A DNA stretch of 64,000 nucleotides from assembly GCA_001938485.1 (NCBI GenBank), contig MQRK01247048.1, forward strand, positions 1 through 64,000, in the 5' to 3' direction. Source of the stretch: Girardia tigrina. Its lineage: Eukaryota. How positions within the stretch are numbered: the stretch's first letter is position 1; the number at the start of each line of letters is the position of its first letter. Below the pieces are notes generated by a model. The model had not been told where the DNA came from. It saw nothing but the letters and a program-made list of their open reading frames with translations, and made no database searches. The translations under genes and the position numbers were made by a program. Positions 37,096 to 49,713 of this stretch are shown in pieces.

Positions 37096-38378
37096 TGTAA
37101 AAATAGTGATTTTGAGAATCTACCAAAATCACTATTTTTACTATAAAGAAAAAGTATTACGTAAACCAAAAATAGTAAACAACAAAAAAAATATTAGTCA
37201 AAAGTAAATAAAAAAAAACAAAGAACAAACTCAATCAAATTACCAATTTTATTAAGAGAATAAACCACAACATATTTTATAATCACGCTATTTTCTTTAT
37301 TGTTAATTTTTTAATTAAATCAATTCATTTATTGATTTTTTAATTTTTTTTAATTCTTTAACGACGATCCAATTCATGTTGGGAGTTTTTTTTATTTTGG
37401 AAGAGATCTTCTGTACTATAAAGAAAAAGTATTACGTAAACCAAAAATAGTAAACAACAAAAAAAATATTAGTCAAAAGTAAATAAAAAAAAACAAAGAA
37501 CAAACTCAATCAAATTACCAATTTTATTAAGAGAATAAACCACAACATATTTTATAATCACGCTATTTTCTTTATTGTTAATTTTTTAATTAAATCAATT
37601 CATTTATTGATTTTTTAATTTTTTTTAATTCTTTAACGACGATCCAATTCATGTTGGGAGTTTTTTTTATTTTGGAAGAGATCTTCTGTTTTATTTATTA
37701 ACATTTTTGATTAAATAATTCTTTTCGATTAAATAATACGTTTTTTTATTTCCTTCTATTAAAGAATTTAATAACTGTGATAATTTTCATGATTGCTTTT
37801 TCAATGAGTTATCGAACTTCCGAAGATTTTTACTCATCCTAAAGTATTTTAATAAGTACAACATATTTTAATGGAATAGAACAAGTTAGGATAAATACTG
37901 GAGAGAATTTAGACGGGCATACTTGCTTTATGATTAGATTATAAGGTTTGTTAAAAAAATGGTTTGGATTGGAAATTGATGGGTTGACAGAGTTTTTCAC
38001 AGAATACTCGAGAGATGCAACTGTTTGATACTCATAATCAGCTTTTAATTGACTTAAAATGTTGTTTAATTATTTCCTCGTTTTGTGAAATTTAATTTAG
38101 TTCAATTTGGAATTCAGTTGATCCTGAGCTTTAAACTAATATCACTGTATAATCAGTTTAATATTTTCGGATAAGTATCCATTAAAATACACAAAACAGT
38201 CTTTTCGGAAAAATAATAAAAAAAAATAAAAATAATAAAACCACGAATAAAATAGTTACAAACATTCACCATAACACAAACCTGTATAGTACATTACATT
38301 TACAAAAAATTACAAACACGCAATAAAGCAAAAACACACACATAATAATCACGCTGTGTCAGTAAGTAGGGCACTACA
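37096..38378. mobile_element. Solo LTR, family C (~1.28 kb), with a 275-bp internal tandem duplication
   Basis: TGT...ACA ends, perfect AAAAG TSD, interrupts a gag fragment; duplication units 37139-37413 and 37414-37688. Confidence 0.85.
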
Positions 38379-41300
38379 AAAAGCAATATTAGTTACAACA
38401 TTCAAGACCCCTGAAGCGATAAACAAATATGAGAAAACGCAAGGAGGCAGCTGGGAAACAAGAATGAGAAGTGCATTCTCAAAAGAGAAAAATATTTTAG
38501 AGATAATGAAAGAGCTTGTACAGATTAGAATATGGGATAAAAATCCATCAGAAGTATTTAAAAAGATTGATGAACTAGTGGAAAAACTATTTGAGAAAAA
38601 CATTGATAAAAATTTGGAAGAAATCAGAGAAAATAAGATTTATAATAGTAAAAAATTTAAGATCAGACATGATTGGGGGTATGCCATTAATGAAGGAATT
38701 CGGAATAGAGCTACAATGGAAAGAAAATAAACAACATGATAAAAGTAAAATTAACATATGCGAAATAGAGGCCAAGTTTGGGAGAGGAATCACAGACGAA
38801 GAACGAGGAAAAGAAGCATTGAAAATTATCGATACGCGAAATGATAAAGCACTATAAGAGATAATTCACCAATATCAAGGCATATTCATGGCAAACGACT
38901 GGGATATCGGCTGTACAAACTTGTTACGACACAGAATAGAAACAACAGGGGGACCTATTAACATAAAACCAAGAAAACAGTCAGTACATTTAGAGGACAA
39001 ACTTGAGGAAGTAATCAGAAATCTAGAGGAAAATGGAATAATAAGGCCATGTAATTCACAATGGAACACACCAATAGTATGCGTTTGGAAAAAAGATAAG
39101 GACGAAATCAGACTATGTCTAGATTTCAGACAGTTAAACCTTATTACAAAGAGACAGGCATTCCCCATGCCAAATATAGCGGAAATGATGGATAGGCTAC
39201 ATGGAACCAAATATTTAAGCACAATAGACTTAGGCAACGTGTACTACCAAGTAGAATTGGACAAGGAATCACAGGAAAAAACGGCGTTTTCCACTAAATC
39301 AGGAATTCTGTTTTAAACGGATGCCTTTCGGGATAGCAGCAGCCCCAGGAACATTTCAGGAACTAATGAACAAAGTATTAAAACCGATAAAGAAGGGAGC
39401 ATCAGTTTATCTGGACGACATATTAATAGCAAGATGCACAAAGGAAGAACATTATAACGTAGTAAAAGAAGTATTTAGAAGAATAAAGGAGACAGGATTA
39501 AGAAACAAACCATCGAAATGTAAAGTATTACAACAAGAAGTAAAATTTTTAGGACACGTTATAAATGATAAACACGTTATAAATTATAAACACCCAGAAA
39601 AAATAGCAGCAACAGAGAATTTTCAAAGACCCTCATGTATCAAAAATTTAAGAAGTTTTCTAGGAATTTGCAATTACTACAGAAGGTTTATAAATGGATG
39701 TGCAAAGAAAGCTAAAATATTGGAAGGAATGTGTGGCTTCAATAAAGAAAAATTAATTTGGACAGATGCATGTGAAATAGCTTTTCAGGACATGTAGAAA
39801 GCATTGATAACGGTATCAATATTGAGTTTTCCAAATTTCAAAAAATAGTTTATTCTAGATACAGACGCTAGTTTTGACAGCATAGGGGCGGTACTATTGC
39901 AGATAGGTGAATCAGGCACGGAGCAAGTAATAGCATATGGATCACATTCAATGTCAGCACACGAAAAAGGATATTGCATAACAAGAAAGAACTTTTAGCA
40001 ATTTTTTTATTTATGGCAACATTTCAATCATTACTTGTACGGGAAAAAATTTAAACTGAGAACGGACCATAAAGCTATAACGTTCATGATTCATACAAAG
40101 AAACCATTACAGCTCAATTCAAAACATGGATGAATTACTTGAGTAGTTTAGATATAGAAATAGAATACAGGAAAGGAGAACTACACAACAACGTGGATAT
40201 TCTATCCAGACGAAATTGCAACACGTGTACCCAGTGTCAAATGGAACATGAAGAAGCTAAAAATGGTAAGAATAAGACTAGATTAATAGCAGCGACTACA
40301 AGGAGCCAAGCGAGAGCAGGTCAAAAAGAATGTATACCAAAAGAAAAACGGAACGATTCAATCATACAGACACATAGATTATTGTGTCATGCAGGAGCAG
40401 AAAAAGTATATGAATATCTGAGGAACAAGTTTGATATGAAGGAAGAAAAGAAAACAGTAAAGGAGGTAGTCGGAAAATGTATAGAGTGCCAACAAATAAA
40501 GACAATGACCACGAAGACAAAGTAAGAAAACGTTAAAATAACAGCGTCAGAAATATTTGAAAAGGTTTATATAGATATATGTGGACCGTGGCATGAGACA
40601 GTAAGAAGAGAAAGATACATTCTCTGAATGATAGACCCCTTTAGCATGTATATCAGCTTGATGGCAATCAAGAGACAGGACGAAGAAACAATTGTACAAA
40701 CAATATTACAAAAATGGATATTAAAATTTAGTGCACCAAAGGAGATACATGTTGATTGAGGTAAGAGTTTTGAGTCAAAAATAGTTAGAGAAATGTTGAA
40801 GAATAAAGGCGTTAAAATAACTTTCTCCAGTCCATACCACCACAATACAAATGGAATAATCGAAAGACAATTCAGGACCATTCGAGAATTTATTCAAGCT
40901 AGTTTAAAAGAAAGGAATACCATGAGTTGGGCAGATATATTACCAGAAGTGGAATTCCCACTAAATGCAACAAAACAAAAAACAATTGGGTGCAGTCCAG
41001 CGGAAGTGGTGTTTGGTAAGAAAATAGATAGACAAAAGTGGTACAGTGGAAACAAAATAGACCGAGAGGATACAAGACTATGAATAAAAGAAAAGAACAT
41101 CCCGGAAGGAAATGAGACCAAAAGAGTATACAACGTTGGAGATATGGTCTGGATACAGAAGGAAATAAGAACGAAAGGCGAAGACAGATTTGAGGGACCA
41201 TATGAAATCATAGAAAAGATTCATGATAGGAGCTATAGGCTGAAGGATACAAATAATACGGAATGTTGAAAAAATCAAAAATTTCAAAAAACCGGGGGAA

Positions 41301-41644
41301 TGTGAAGGACGGGTCAAATTTCAAAATTTTTGAAACAATTAATTTTTATAAAGAATTTCTAAAATAATTAAATATTTAAAATAAAAAGTGTATGTTGGTT
41401 TAAATTTATAAATAGTAGAATGTAAATTTTCAGAATAAATAGAGTAAAATGTTTTCAATTTTAAAACAACTTATCAGTTTATTTTTATTTATAATTTTAT
41501 ATTTTTATATAAAAAATCTGGTCTAAAAGAAAACAAAAATGTCCTCTACAAACAATTTTTTATTAAAAAAATTGTTAACTAAAAATTGTTTGAATAATTG
41601 TTACTTGTATTATTAATAAATATTTGGTGTTAATGAATTATAAT

Positions 41645-42099
41645 TGTAAAGAGAACTCACACATTTGACAGAACATTTATGACATTCACATTTCTTATCA
41701 TCTTTATGATGATCAATAGTATTGCTTTCACTTAGATCCATCAATCAATTTTCAATATCTCTCATCATAATCTGAACCAACTTGAGAAAGTTATTTTATT
41801 TAGAAATATTTAATTTAAATTTGATTGGCTGAAATAAAATATTTTATAGTCATTTTTAAGCATTAATTTGATTTTAATTATTAAAAACAATTACAAAAAT
41901 AAAATCAATAAAATTATTTAAAAGTTGTAATAATAAAAATTAAAATATTAAATCTAAATTTAAATAAATTAGTTTCAGATTATAAAAATTAAATATTGAT
42001 AATCCATCTGGTTAGGAGAGGCACAATTCCAAATCAACATACATCATTTAAACATGCAAAAATTACACAAAAACATCCACACACCAAATATCCCTCACA
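41645..42099 (-). mobile_element. Solo LTR, family B-related, inside the 3' LTR of element A
   Basis: TGTAAAG...ATCCCTCACA with a perfect ATAAT TSD; core CCATCTGGTTAGGAGA. Confidence 0.88.
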
Positions 42100-43129
42100 A
42101 TAATCTTGATCAAGAACCCAACATGATCCATCGAATGTCTCCTGTCCCTTGATAATTGGTGTCACGTGATCGTGCGTCGCAATATTAAGAACATTTAAAC
42201 AAGTCTCGTTTAAATCTTTATTGCAATTACATTTAGAGTCATTAAGATTCTCAGAAGGTCTTTCGTCGTTTGCCATCGTTCTAATTGGTTTTCTTATTTC
42301 TGTTTTTAATCATGATTATTCGAATAATTTTTCTAAGTTATTTTTTAAAATATTTAACCTCTAAAAATATTAATTTTTTTACCATTTTTTAATAAATCCC
42401 AAAATAATAAAAAATGTCATCAAATTATTAAAAATGCATTTAATTTAAATTTTATTAAAAATTATTAAACTTAATTTTAATTCTGAAATTAAATATATGA
42501 ACTTATAAAATGATTATTTTAATTATGTTCGAATAGTCAATCACTTTAAACTTAATAAAAAATACCAATTTCCATCTGGGTAGGAGAATCACCATTCTAA
42601 ATTTAACATACTTAAATCAACATACAGCATCAATACATTTACACATTCAAACAATTTAAAATATTACTCAGGAAAACTAAATAAATTACTAATAAACAGA
42701 TAATAATAGAACTAAATAAAGTGGCTGAAGATGATCAAAGATTGTGATTAAAACCTGTTCAACATTGATTTTTAAAAACATGCCTTAACAAATATCTATT
42801 TCAAATATGTGTAAACGGTCAACGCCTATGGATCATAATGTTTCTCAAATCGAACAAATTTCGAGAAATGTTATTAGTACTAGACGCTGAGCGTTCATTG
42901 CTAAAAAATCACTAAATTCAATTAAACTTTTTAACAAAAATATTATAAATCATTCATATTTCAATTAAAAATACAAGACTAAAAATATCCAAAATTTTTC
43001 AGCTACTTGATAAATTGTCAGAAATTTTAAAATATAAAGTAACAACCATGATGAAAAACCAAAAATCAGAGATGTGGTTTACATAATAATTTTATTAAAA
43101 GAAAAAAAAGAATTCGAATAAAATTGATA

Positions 43130-43990
43130 TTAATTTCTGTTTAACCTGATCATATCGACTTTCTGTTTAGATATGTGAAATGCTGGCACAATCCACGACA
43201 TACAGACGCATTTCTCTCCAACCCAAGTGTATGATCCCAGCTTGCACGAGCATTTCGGGCAGTCGATCCTGCCACCAGTGGCGCAGCTGCTGTCGATCCA
43301 ACTGAGAGGCTCAATAAATATCTCATCAATACAGCGCGTCTGCTCGTTCACCTCATGGACTCCGAGAACTTTACTATGATACACGACACTCGACTGATCG
43401 AACAGAAACACGCGACACTTTCTACACTTAAATTCGATTTTGTTCAATCGATTATCTTCAGGGGTTTTGAACTCATAGATTGGGAATTTTGTAAGGTTTT
43501 GATAGTTATCGAATCCATCATGAGAGCAAACCAAAAGGAATTGCTTATATTCGGAACTCTTTTGAGATGTCGAACAATTCATGTTGTAAAAGATTCTCAA
43601 TTGATGAATGAAACCAATATTCGGTGAAATCTGAGGGGATTTCTGTTTCACTTTGTCGAGAGCTGCGTCTGGATTTAAATTTAGTGTCTTCATGACATAT
43701 GCAGTAACGACCGTGGCACTCCTCGATACACCCGCTAAACAATGGACAACGATACCCCCTTCTGCAATTCCTTTTTCTATAAACTTGAAGGCATCTTCAA
43801 AGTGTGGAATGAAGTCATGATTTGGAGTATCATATGCTTTAATAAATTTGCATTGGAAGCATTCTTCTGTCGATTCGAGTGGAGTATCCATAACCGTCAG
43901 GATATGTTTAATGTTAAGGGATTTCAAAAGATTGGCATCACTTACATCTGATAAAGAAGCCAACCATAATTTTGGTAGTATCTCTTTCAT
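43130..43990 (-). CDS. DUSP12: Dual-specificity phosphatase 12 (YVH1-like), AT-richer copy
   Basis: Intact intronless 286-aa ORF with HCLAGVSRS and the C-terminal Zn-binding domain. Confidence 0.95.
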   Translation of the reverse strand: MKEILPKLWLASLSDVSDANLLKSLNIKHILTVMDTPLESTEECFQCKFIKAYDTPNHDFIPHFEDAFKFIEKGIAEGGIVVHCLAGVSRSATVVTAYVMKTLNLNPDAALDKVKQKSPQISPNIGFIHQLRIFYNMNCSTSQKSSEYKQFLLVCSHDGFDNYQNLTKFPIYEFKTPEDNRLNKIEFKCRKCRVFLFDQSSVVYHSKVLGVHEVNEQTRCIDEIFIEPLSWIDSSCATGGRIDCPKCSCKLGSYTWVGEKCVCMSWIVPAFHISKQKVDMIRLNRN

Positions 43991-44588
43991 TTAAGACTAT
44001 TTAAAATAATAACTTTTTATGTATAAGAATAATATTCGAACAAATTTTAATCCAAAAATTTTAATTTAATGTTGCAAAAAACAATTAAAAAGAAACATTT
44101 TTTCGATATTTCATTTTAAATTTAGATTATTATTTTGATTTGAATTTTTCATTTATATTAGTGATTTTTGCTGATTTTTGATTTCGATTTTTAATTAAGA
44201 TTTAAAACTTTTGATTTAAATATGGATTTTTTTCGAAACTATTTTTATAATTGTATTATCTTATTTTGTCAATTTTATCGTTTTTGTCAACTGTAGAAAG
44301 AGACAATATTTTTCACGTTTGAAAATGCAATTAAAATTGTTCTTTTAATATTCACTATTTTTTGTTGTTGCCGCATTTCTTCTGCAATCATTTTTTATGG
44401 CCCTTACGGGGCTGCTTCTCGTTCTCTTTTTTTTCCTTGTGTAATCACCTTTGTTGGTTCACAACAATTGAATTTACTATTGAAAGTTGGCTCTCAATGG
44501 AAAAATTCGTCGATCTGATCCTCTATCCACCTGTCGATCATCGACGTCATCACTTCCCCGAAATCATCGTGGTCAATAAATCGATCCA

Positions 44589-45007
44589 CGCATAAAATTT
44601 ATTTCGCATCAATTTACAAAAAAATATTAAGCATAAAATTTATTTAGCATCAATTTACATAAAATTTATTAAGCATAAAATTTAATTAGCATCAATTTAC
44701 ATAAAATTTATCTTTTTAATAATTCGCGAATCTATGAACCAGAAAAATACTGGTATTACAAAGGTCTATTTGCATAGAATAGGAAGATTGCTGAAGAACA
44801 ACTTTGCTTATATGCCATGGCAAAATGATTACCAACCTAGTTGAATTTTATTGAAAATATTGATTTTATGTTTAAAAAATTTTATGCTGAATAAATTTTA
44901 TGTAAATTGATGCTAAATAAATTTTTTCTTTATTGAATTAATTTCATTTGAATTAAATTTTATGCTTAATAGATTTATGTAAATTAATGCTAAATAAATT
45001 TTATGTG
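44589..45007. repeat. Foldback/MITE-like element with repetitive inverted arms
   Basis: GCATAAAATTTTATTTAGCATCAATTTAC arrays at 44589-44712, inverted at 44877-45007. Confidence 0.65.
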
Positions 45008-45382
45008 TAATGTCTAGGTATCAATAAATCCATTTATTTGTCAATCGGCTGGGGTTTCTTTTTCACCCTCACTTAATTTTACGATTTTAGTAAAATATAG
45101 AACACTTACGTTAAGATAGCCGTTAAGATATCTTCAAAAAAAACTTCCCGGGCTGTGAAAAATGACTTTTGAATTTTTACGATTTCTACACGGATTTTAG
45201 TCAAAACTTTTATGAAATTATCTACAAAATACTATTTTATTTGATAAATGATGACTTATCACTTTTTCACTAATAATTTTGATAAAAAATATATTTTAAA
45301 TATAATAAAATTTAATAAAATGAAGTCCGGATGAAAATCTTCTTTTAATAACAAAAGTCATCCATTTAAAAATATATTTTAC

Positions 45383-45421
45383 GACAATATATTTCGACGG
45401 ATCTACCGTCATCTTCAGGTC
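45383..45421 (-). ncRNA. Minimal type I hammerhead ribozyme motif
   Basis: GAC-CUGAAGA-U-GACGG-UAGAU-CCGUC-GAA-AUAUAU-U-GUC: full core, 5-bp stem II, palindromic stem III, 3-bp stem I. Confidence 0.7.
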
Positions 45422-46329
45422 ACTAATTAATAATCAATTCACTTGTATATAAATACAAAAATGTTGATTATGTAATCGGTTGCATGAAATCATGCTAATC
45501 AAGAATTCTCAATAAGCTGGTTGAGACTGCCGATTGAACATTGATTTTAGGGCAACGTGACCTTATTAACAATGCTTCACAAGACACTCTCTCCCAATAA
45601 CTGTCAAAATGCTTACACAGAATTTTGAAATTATCAAAATTAACATCACATTTACATTTTTACTCAAATTAATAATAGTATTTTTAACATCAAATTTAAA
45701 AACTCCAAATAATTTTCTTAAATTATTTAATTTCTTATTCTGTGCAGCAGATTTATTTTTATTTAAATTATCAGAATTATTGATAGACATAATCACACAT
45801 AAACGAAAACAAAAATCACCACCATTTTAATTTACATTTAAATTTACTTGTTTCTCAATTACATTTGCCAAAGAAAATTAAAATCTCCTTTTTAATTTAA
45901 CTCGATTTAATTGTTTTACAATTATTTTTTTAATTCCATTTACTATTTCCCAAAAAATATAATTACATTTTTAATTTACTTCAATTTAAAAGTTACAAAA
46001 AATAGTTTAGTTTACTTTTATTTCACAAATAAATTATCAAACTTTATATTACTTTTTATTTTATTTCAATTAAATATTTTCAATAAATTGGAAAATAACT
46101 TTTTTACTTTATAATAAATCTTTACAAAAATCTTTTAATAAACCTACCGTAAAATTTATTTTATTTCTTACATGAATTAATTTTCTACATTCAATTTCTG
46201 AAAATCTTAATTTAACATATTTATAAAAATATTTTACGGAATGTAATTGTTTAATTAATAATTTGATAAGATTCAAAAATTTTATGAACGCTCCCAACAA
46301 CTGTAAAAAAATCGGTAGCGGTGGAATCA

Positions 46330-47290
46330 GTCGGGGATTTACCAAAAGCTAGTGAGCCCTGATGGGCAATTTGAAAAATGGTCACTACTCGACCTGGTTG
46401 ATTCCATTTCGCAAGCAATCCTTAGGTCGAGTTTCGAAGAAGTTGTTGAGCCAATTCTACATTGCGATAATATTGACACTTGAATGATTCCAAGTGTGAC
46501 ACGTCAAGAGGCTGCATTTTATGGTTACAATAAGATCGCGAAGTGGCAGTTTAATGTTTTTATTTGTTTTTACAAAATGCACAGCTTCTACTGTTTTGTC
46601 GCTGTGATGCCATCGAGAGTCAAAAAACCTTTTGCTGGGGAGTCGATTTAGCATGATGACAAAAATGATTTAGGTAAAGCATAAATTGTGTGGAATCCAT
46701 CCAGTCACACTCCTGGTATGGAAACAAACTCTCGGGGAGACACTTGTCTGACAACATAGAAATCTGTCTTTTTCAAGGAATAAGAAATGCAGAAGACAGA
46801 AATGAACAGCAGCGCTCATAGCATACACAATGGTCCCATTAGCACCTCTCTCACCACTTTTTATGCAGCCTACTTGTCGTTTACATCATGCAGAGAAGAC
46901 TTTTGATGGTCAACCTTGAACATTAGTCATCCTCGTCTCATCAACATTATCAATGCTTAATGGTGAAATATTCTCGTTCTCATAATCATTTTTCATGAGA
47001 CTGAAAAACTCAATAACTTTGTCTTTGTTGAATCCAACAGCACGTGCTACAGACGTTGGCTCTCGAGTTCTCAAAGACAATTCGTGATTGTGTCTACGAA
47101 AATGGTCAAGCCAATACCAACCAGCCATTATTATGTCTGCGTTGAAACAGTGTTCTTTTAAAAATAGGCTGTTACGTACATCAATTTTTCTGACGTCAAT
47201 AGTTCTTAAGTCATAAAGTCGTCGATCCTTTTGCATGATATATTGTAGAAGATGCTGCTTTAAAAGACGAACTCATGGTTCTTGAACCAA
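46330..47290 (-). mobile_element. pogo/Tigger (DDE_1) transposase remnant
   Basis: AGWYWLDHFRRHNHELSLRTREPTSVARAVGFNK, NVDET, ERGAN.T and GWI motifs; frameshifted. Confidence 0.85.
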
Positions 47291-49713
47291 GTATTTAAAC
47301 ATTTTCAAAATTATTAGTGAATAAGTGATAAAAGTCATCATTTATCAAGTAAAATAGTATTTTGTAGATAATTTCATAAAAGTTTTAACTAAAATTCGTG
47401 TAGAAATCGTAAAATTGGTGTTTTATTAAAATATATGTATTTAAATTTTATTATATTTAAAATATATTTTTTTTATCAAAATTATTAGTGAATAAGTGAT
47501 AAAAGTCATCATTTATCAAATAAAATAGTATTTTGTTGATAATTTCATAAAAATTTTCACTAAAATCATTTCCACTTTCCAAATAGGTGTCATATTATAT
47601 AAAAAATATTGTTATATAATAATAAAAATTTTAAATATAAGTCATTTTTCACAGCCCGGGACATTTTTGTTTAAATAAACTAATTTACATATTTAGAGGT
47701 AAGGTGTTTTTTTAAATTTTAAATAATTTTTTAAAGTCATTTTTCACAGCCCGGGAAGTTTTTTTGAAGATCTTCGGCTATCTTAACGTAAGTGTTCTAT
47801 ATTTTACTAAAATCAAAAAATTAAGTGGGGATGAAAAAGAAACCCTAGCCCTTTAAAATAATTTTTATCTGAATTTTTGTAATTTTAAATACAAATATTA
47901 TTTTCTGCTTATCGACATAATTTTACAAATTTTTGATTATATTAATTTTAAAATAATGAATAATTTTGAAAATTATAAAAAATTACTTTACCAAAAATTT
48001 ATTCCTATTTTGAAATTTAAGTTGATTTTTCAAAATTAAACTTTTTTTTGTTTTTATATAGACGTTATTAGTTTTTAAAACGATATTCAACTTCTTTTAC
48101 AAAAAAGAAAAATGTATCTTTAAGTATAAAAACTTTCATTTCTTCAATATTTAGCACTTTTTTGAATAAAAATTAGTATTTCTTATAATCATTCATTCTA
48201 GTACATCATATTTATCTTCTTATATCTTAAATATATTCTGATATTTTTTTAATCATATTTCGAAATAAAAATTATTTATAAACAATTATTAAAAATAATA
48301 CAAAATATTAAAAAATTATAAATATAATAATTTAAAACAATGAAAAATATTTAAATTTATCGGATATATGTTTGTTAGTTTTTGTATAGAAATACACAAT
48401 GATTTCGTTTCACAAAACATATTTGATAATTAGAACAAATATACAAATGTGCGAGAATTAATAATGAAATATCTGGAACATTATTTCATTAATTTTATAA
48501 ACAATATTTATTTGAATGATGTTATTTTGAATGGTAATTTAATAAATGCCAATGTTGTCTATTTGTATTTAATAACAATTTTATTTTTTTTGGGCAAGAA
48601 TAAGTAGATATTAAATATTAAATTGTAATATTGAAAATGAATGGACTAAAATTAGAAACCTATTTTTACGAAATATTTTTCTTTTATTTTTACAGATTTT
48701 AGTTTTATTTATCTACAGATGATGGCGGTTAATATAATAAATTGTATCAATGATTTAGTTAACCTGGTCGAAAAGAATACAGTCAAAAATATTTCCTTAT
48801 GAATTATACAACACTATCAAAACTAATTACATAAATATTATTTTTAAAACCATTCATACGTATAAGCTAGACGGGATATAATGTGTTTACTTTAAAAGCG
48901 TTCATTTGTGGGAGATGAAATAATTCATTGTTGAGTTTGATGTAAGAGGTATTTTTATTAATAATAAATTTTCAAAAAATAATGTATGTAAATTTTACTT
49001 ATCCAAAATTTTAATCTATCAATAAATAGAGATATCATAAATAAATTCTCAAAAAATAATTGGAAATAAAAGAAATATCAAAATAAATTATCGATTAAAA
49101 GAAATTATATGTATAATTTGGAAAACAACTTTTATGCAGATTTGCGTCGAAAAGAATTAATCTCTCTATTTTTCAATTATTCGAATCGGAAAAAGTTTAA
49201 TTTTAATGCGTTTTAAAAAGTAAATATAAAAAAATTTTCAAAACAAAAAATATTTTAATTAGTTTAAGTATTACAATAATCAAATAATTTCCATAAAATT
49301 AATCGGTAAGAATTATTTGGAAGAAATACAATTTTTAAAATTGTCACAAAATTTGAGTTAGAAATATTTTGTGTTAAAATACTTTTGTTTTTGACCTTTT
49401 GAAGTAGCGATCTTTTATCGAATTTAAGAATACTTTCGAATTAAAAACATTAATTAAAACAGTACAATAACATATCTTAAATGTTGTCATTTAGAAATTC
49501 GTTTGATGTGTAAATAAATTTTAATTTATCTCCCAAATATAATTACTATTTTTTGTACAATTAGAACAGACATATCTGAAACTCTTCGGTAATTATTTTT
49601 AGACACTATTACTAACATGTAACATTTTTTATCATTATATTATATGATGTATTGTAAATTTTGTGAAACTTCATTTAATATCACACAACTCTAATGGCAG
49701 GTAATCAATTCGA

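Larger units (their letters stand above)
34346..42123 (+). mobile_element. Full-length decayed Ty3/Gypsy element, family A
   Basis: 5' LTR 34346-35060, PBS-like TGTCGACC, gag with CCHC knuckles, PR (LLDTGA), RT (CLDFRQLN, MPFG, YLDD), RNase H (DTDAS, TDHK), IN (HAG, PYHHNTNGIIER, GPY), PPT, 3' LTR 41300-42123; TSD TGACC/TGATC. Confidence 0.95.
32466..42672 (-). mobile_element. Gypsy family B element (5' LTR 42183-42672, gag, protease, start of RT) split by the element A insertion
   Basis: Gag N-terminus ATHDHVTPIIKGQETFDGS at 42124-42180 continues at 34345-33372; protease CLFDTGA at ~33060-33085; RT start NFPLVCVWRKDK at ~32470-32510. Confidence 0.85.
45046..47851. mobile_element. DNA element with long (~260 bp) TIRs enclosing other TE fragments
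   Basis: 45046-45310 is the reverse complement of sequence at 47310-47851 (GGCTGGGGTTTCTTTTTCA / TGAAAAAGAAACCCTAGCC); the right arm has internal duplications. Confidence 0.75.
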
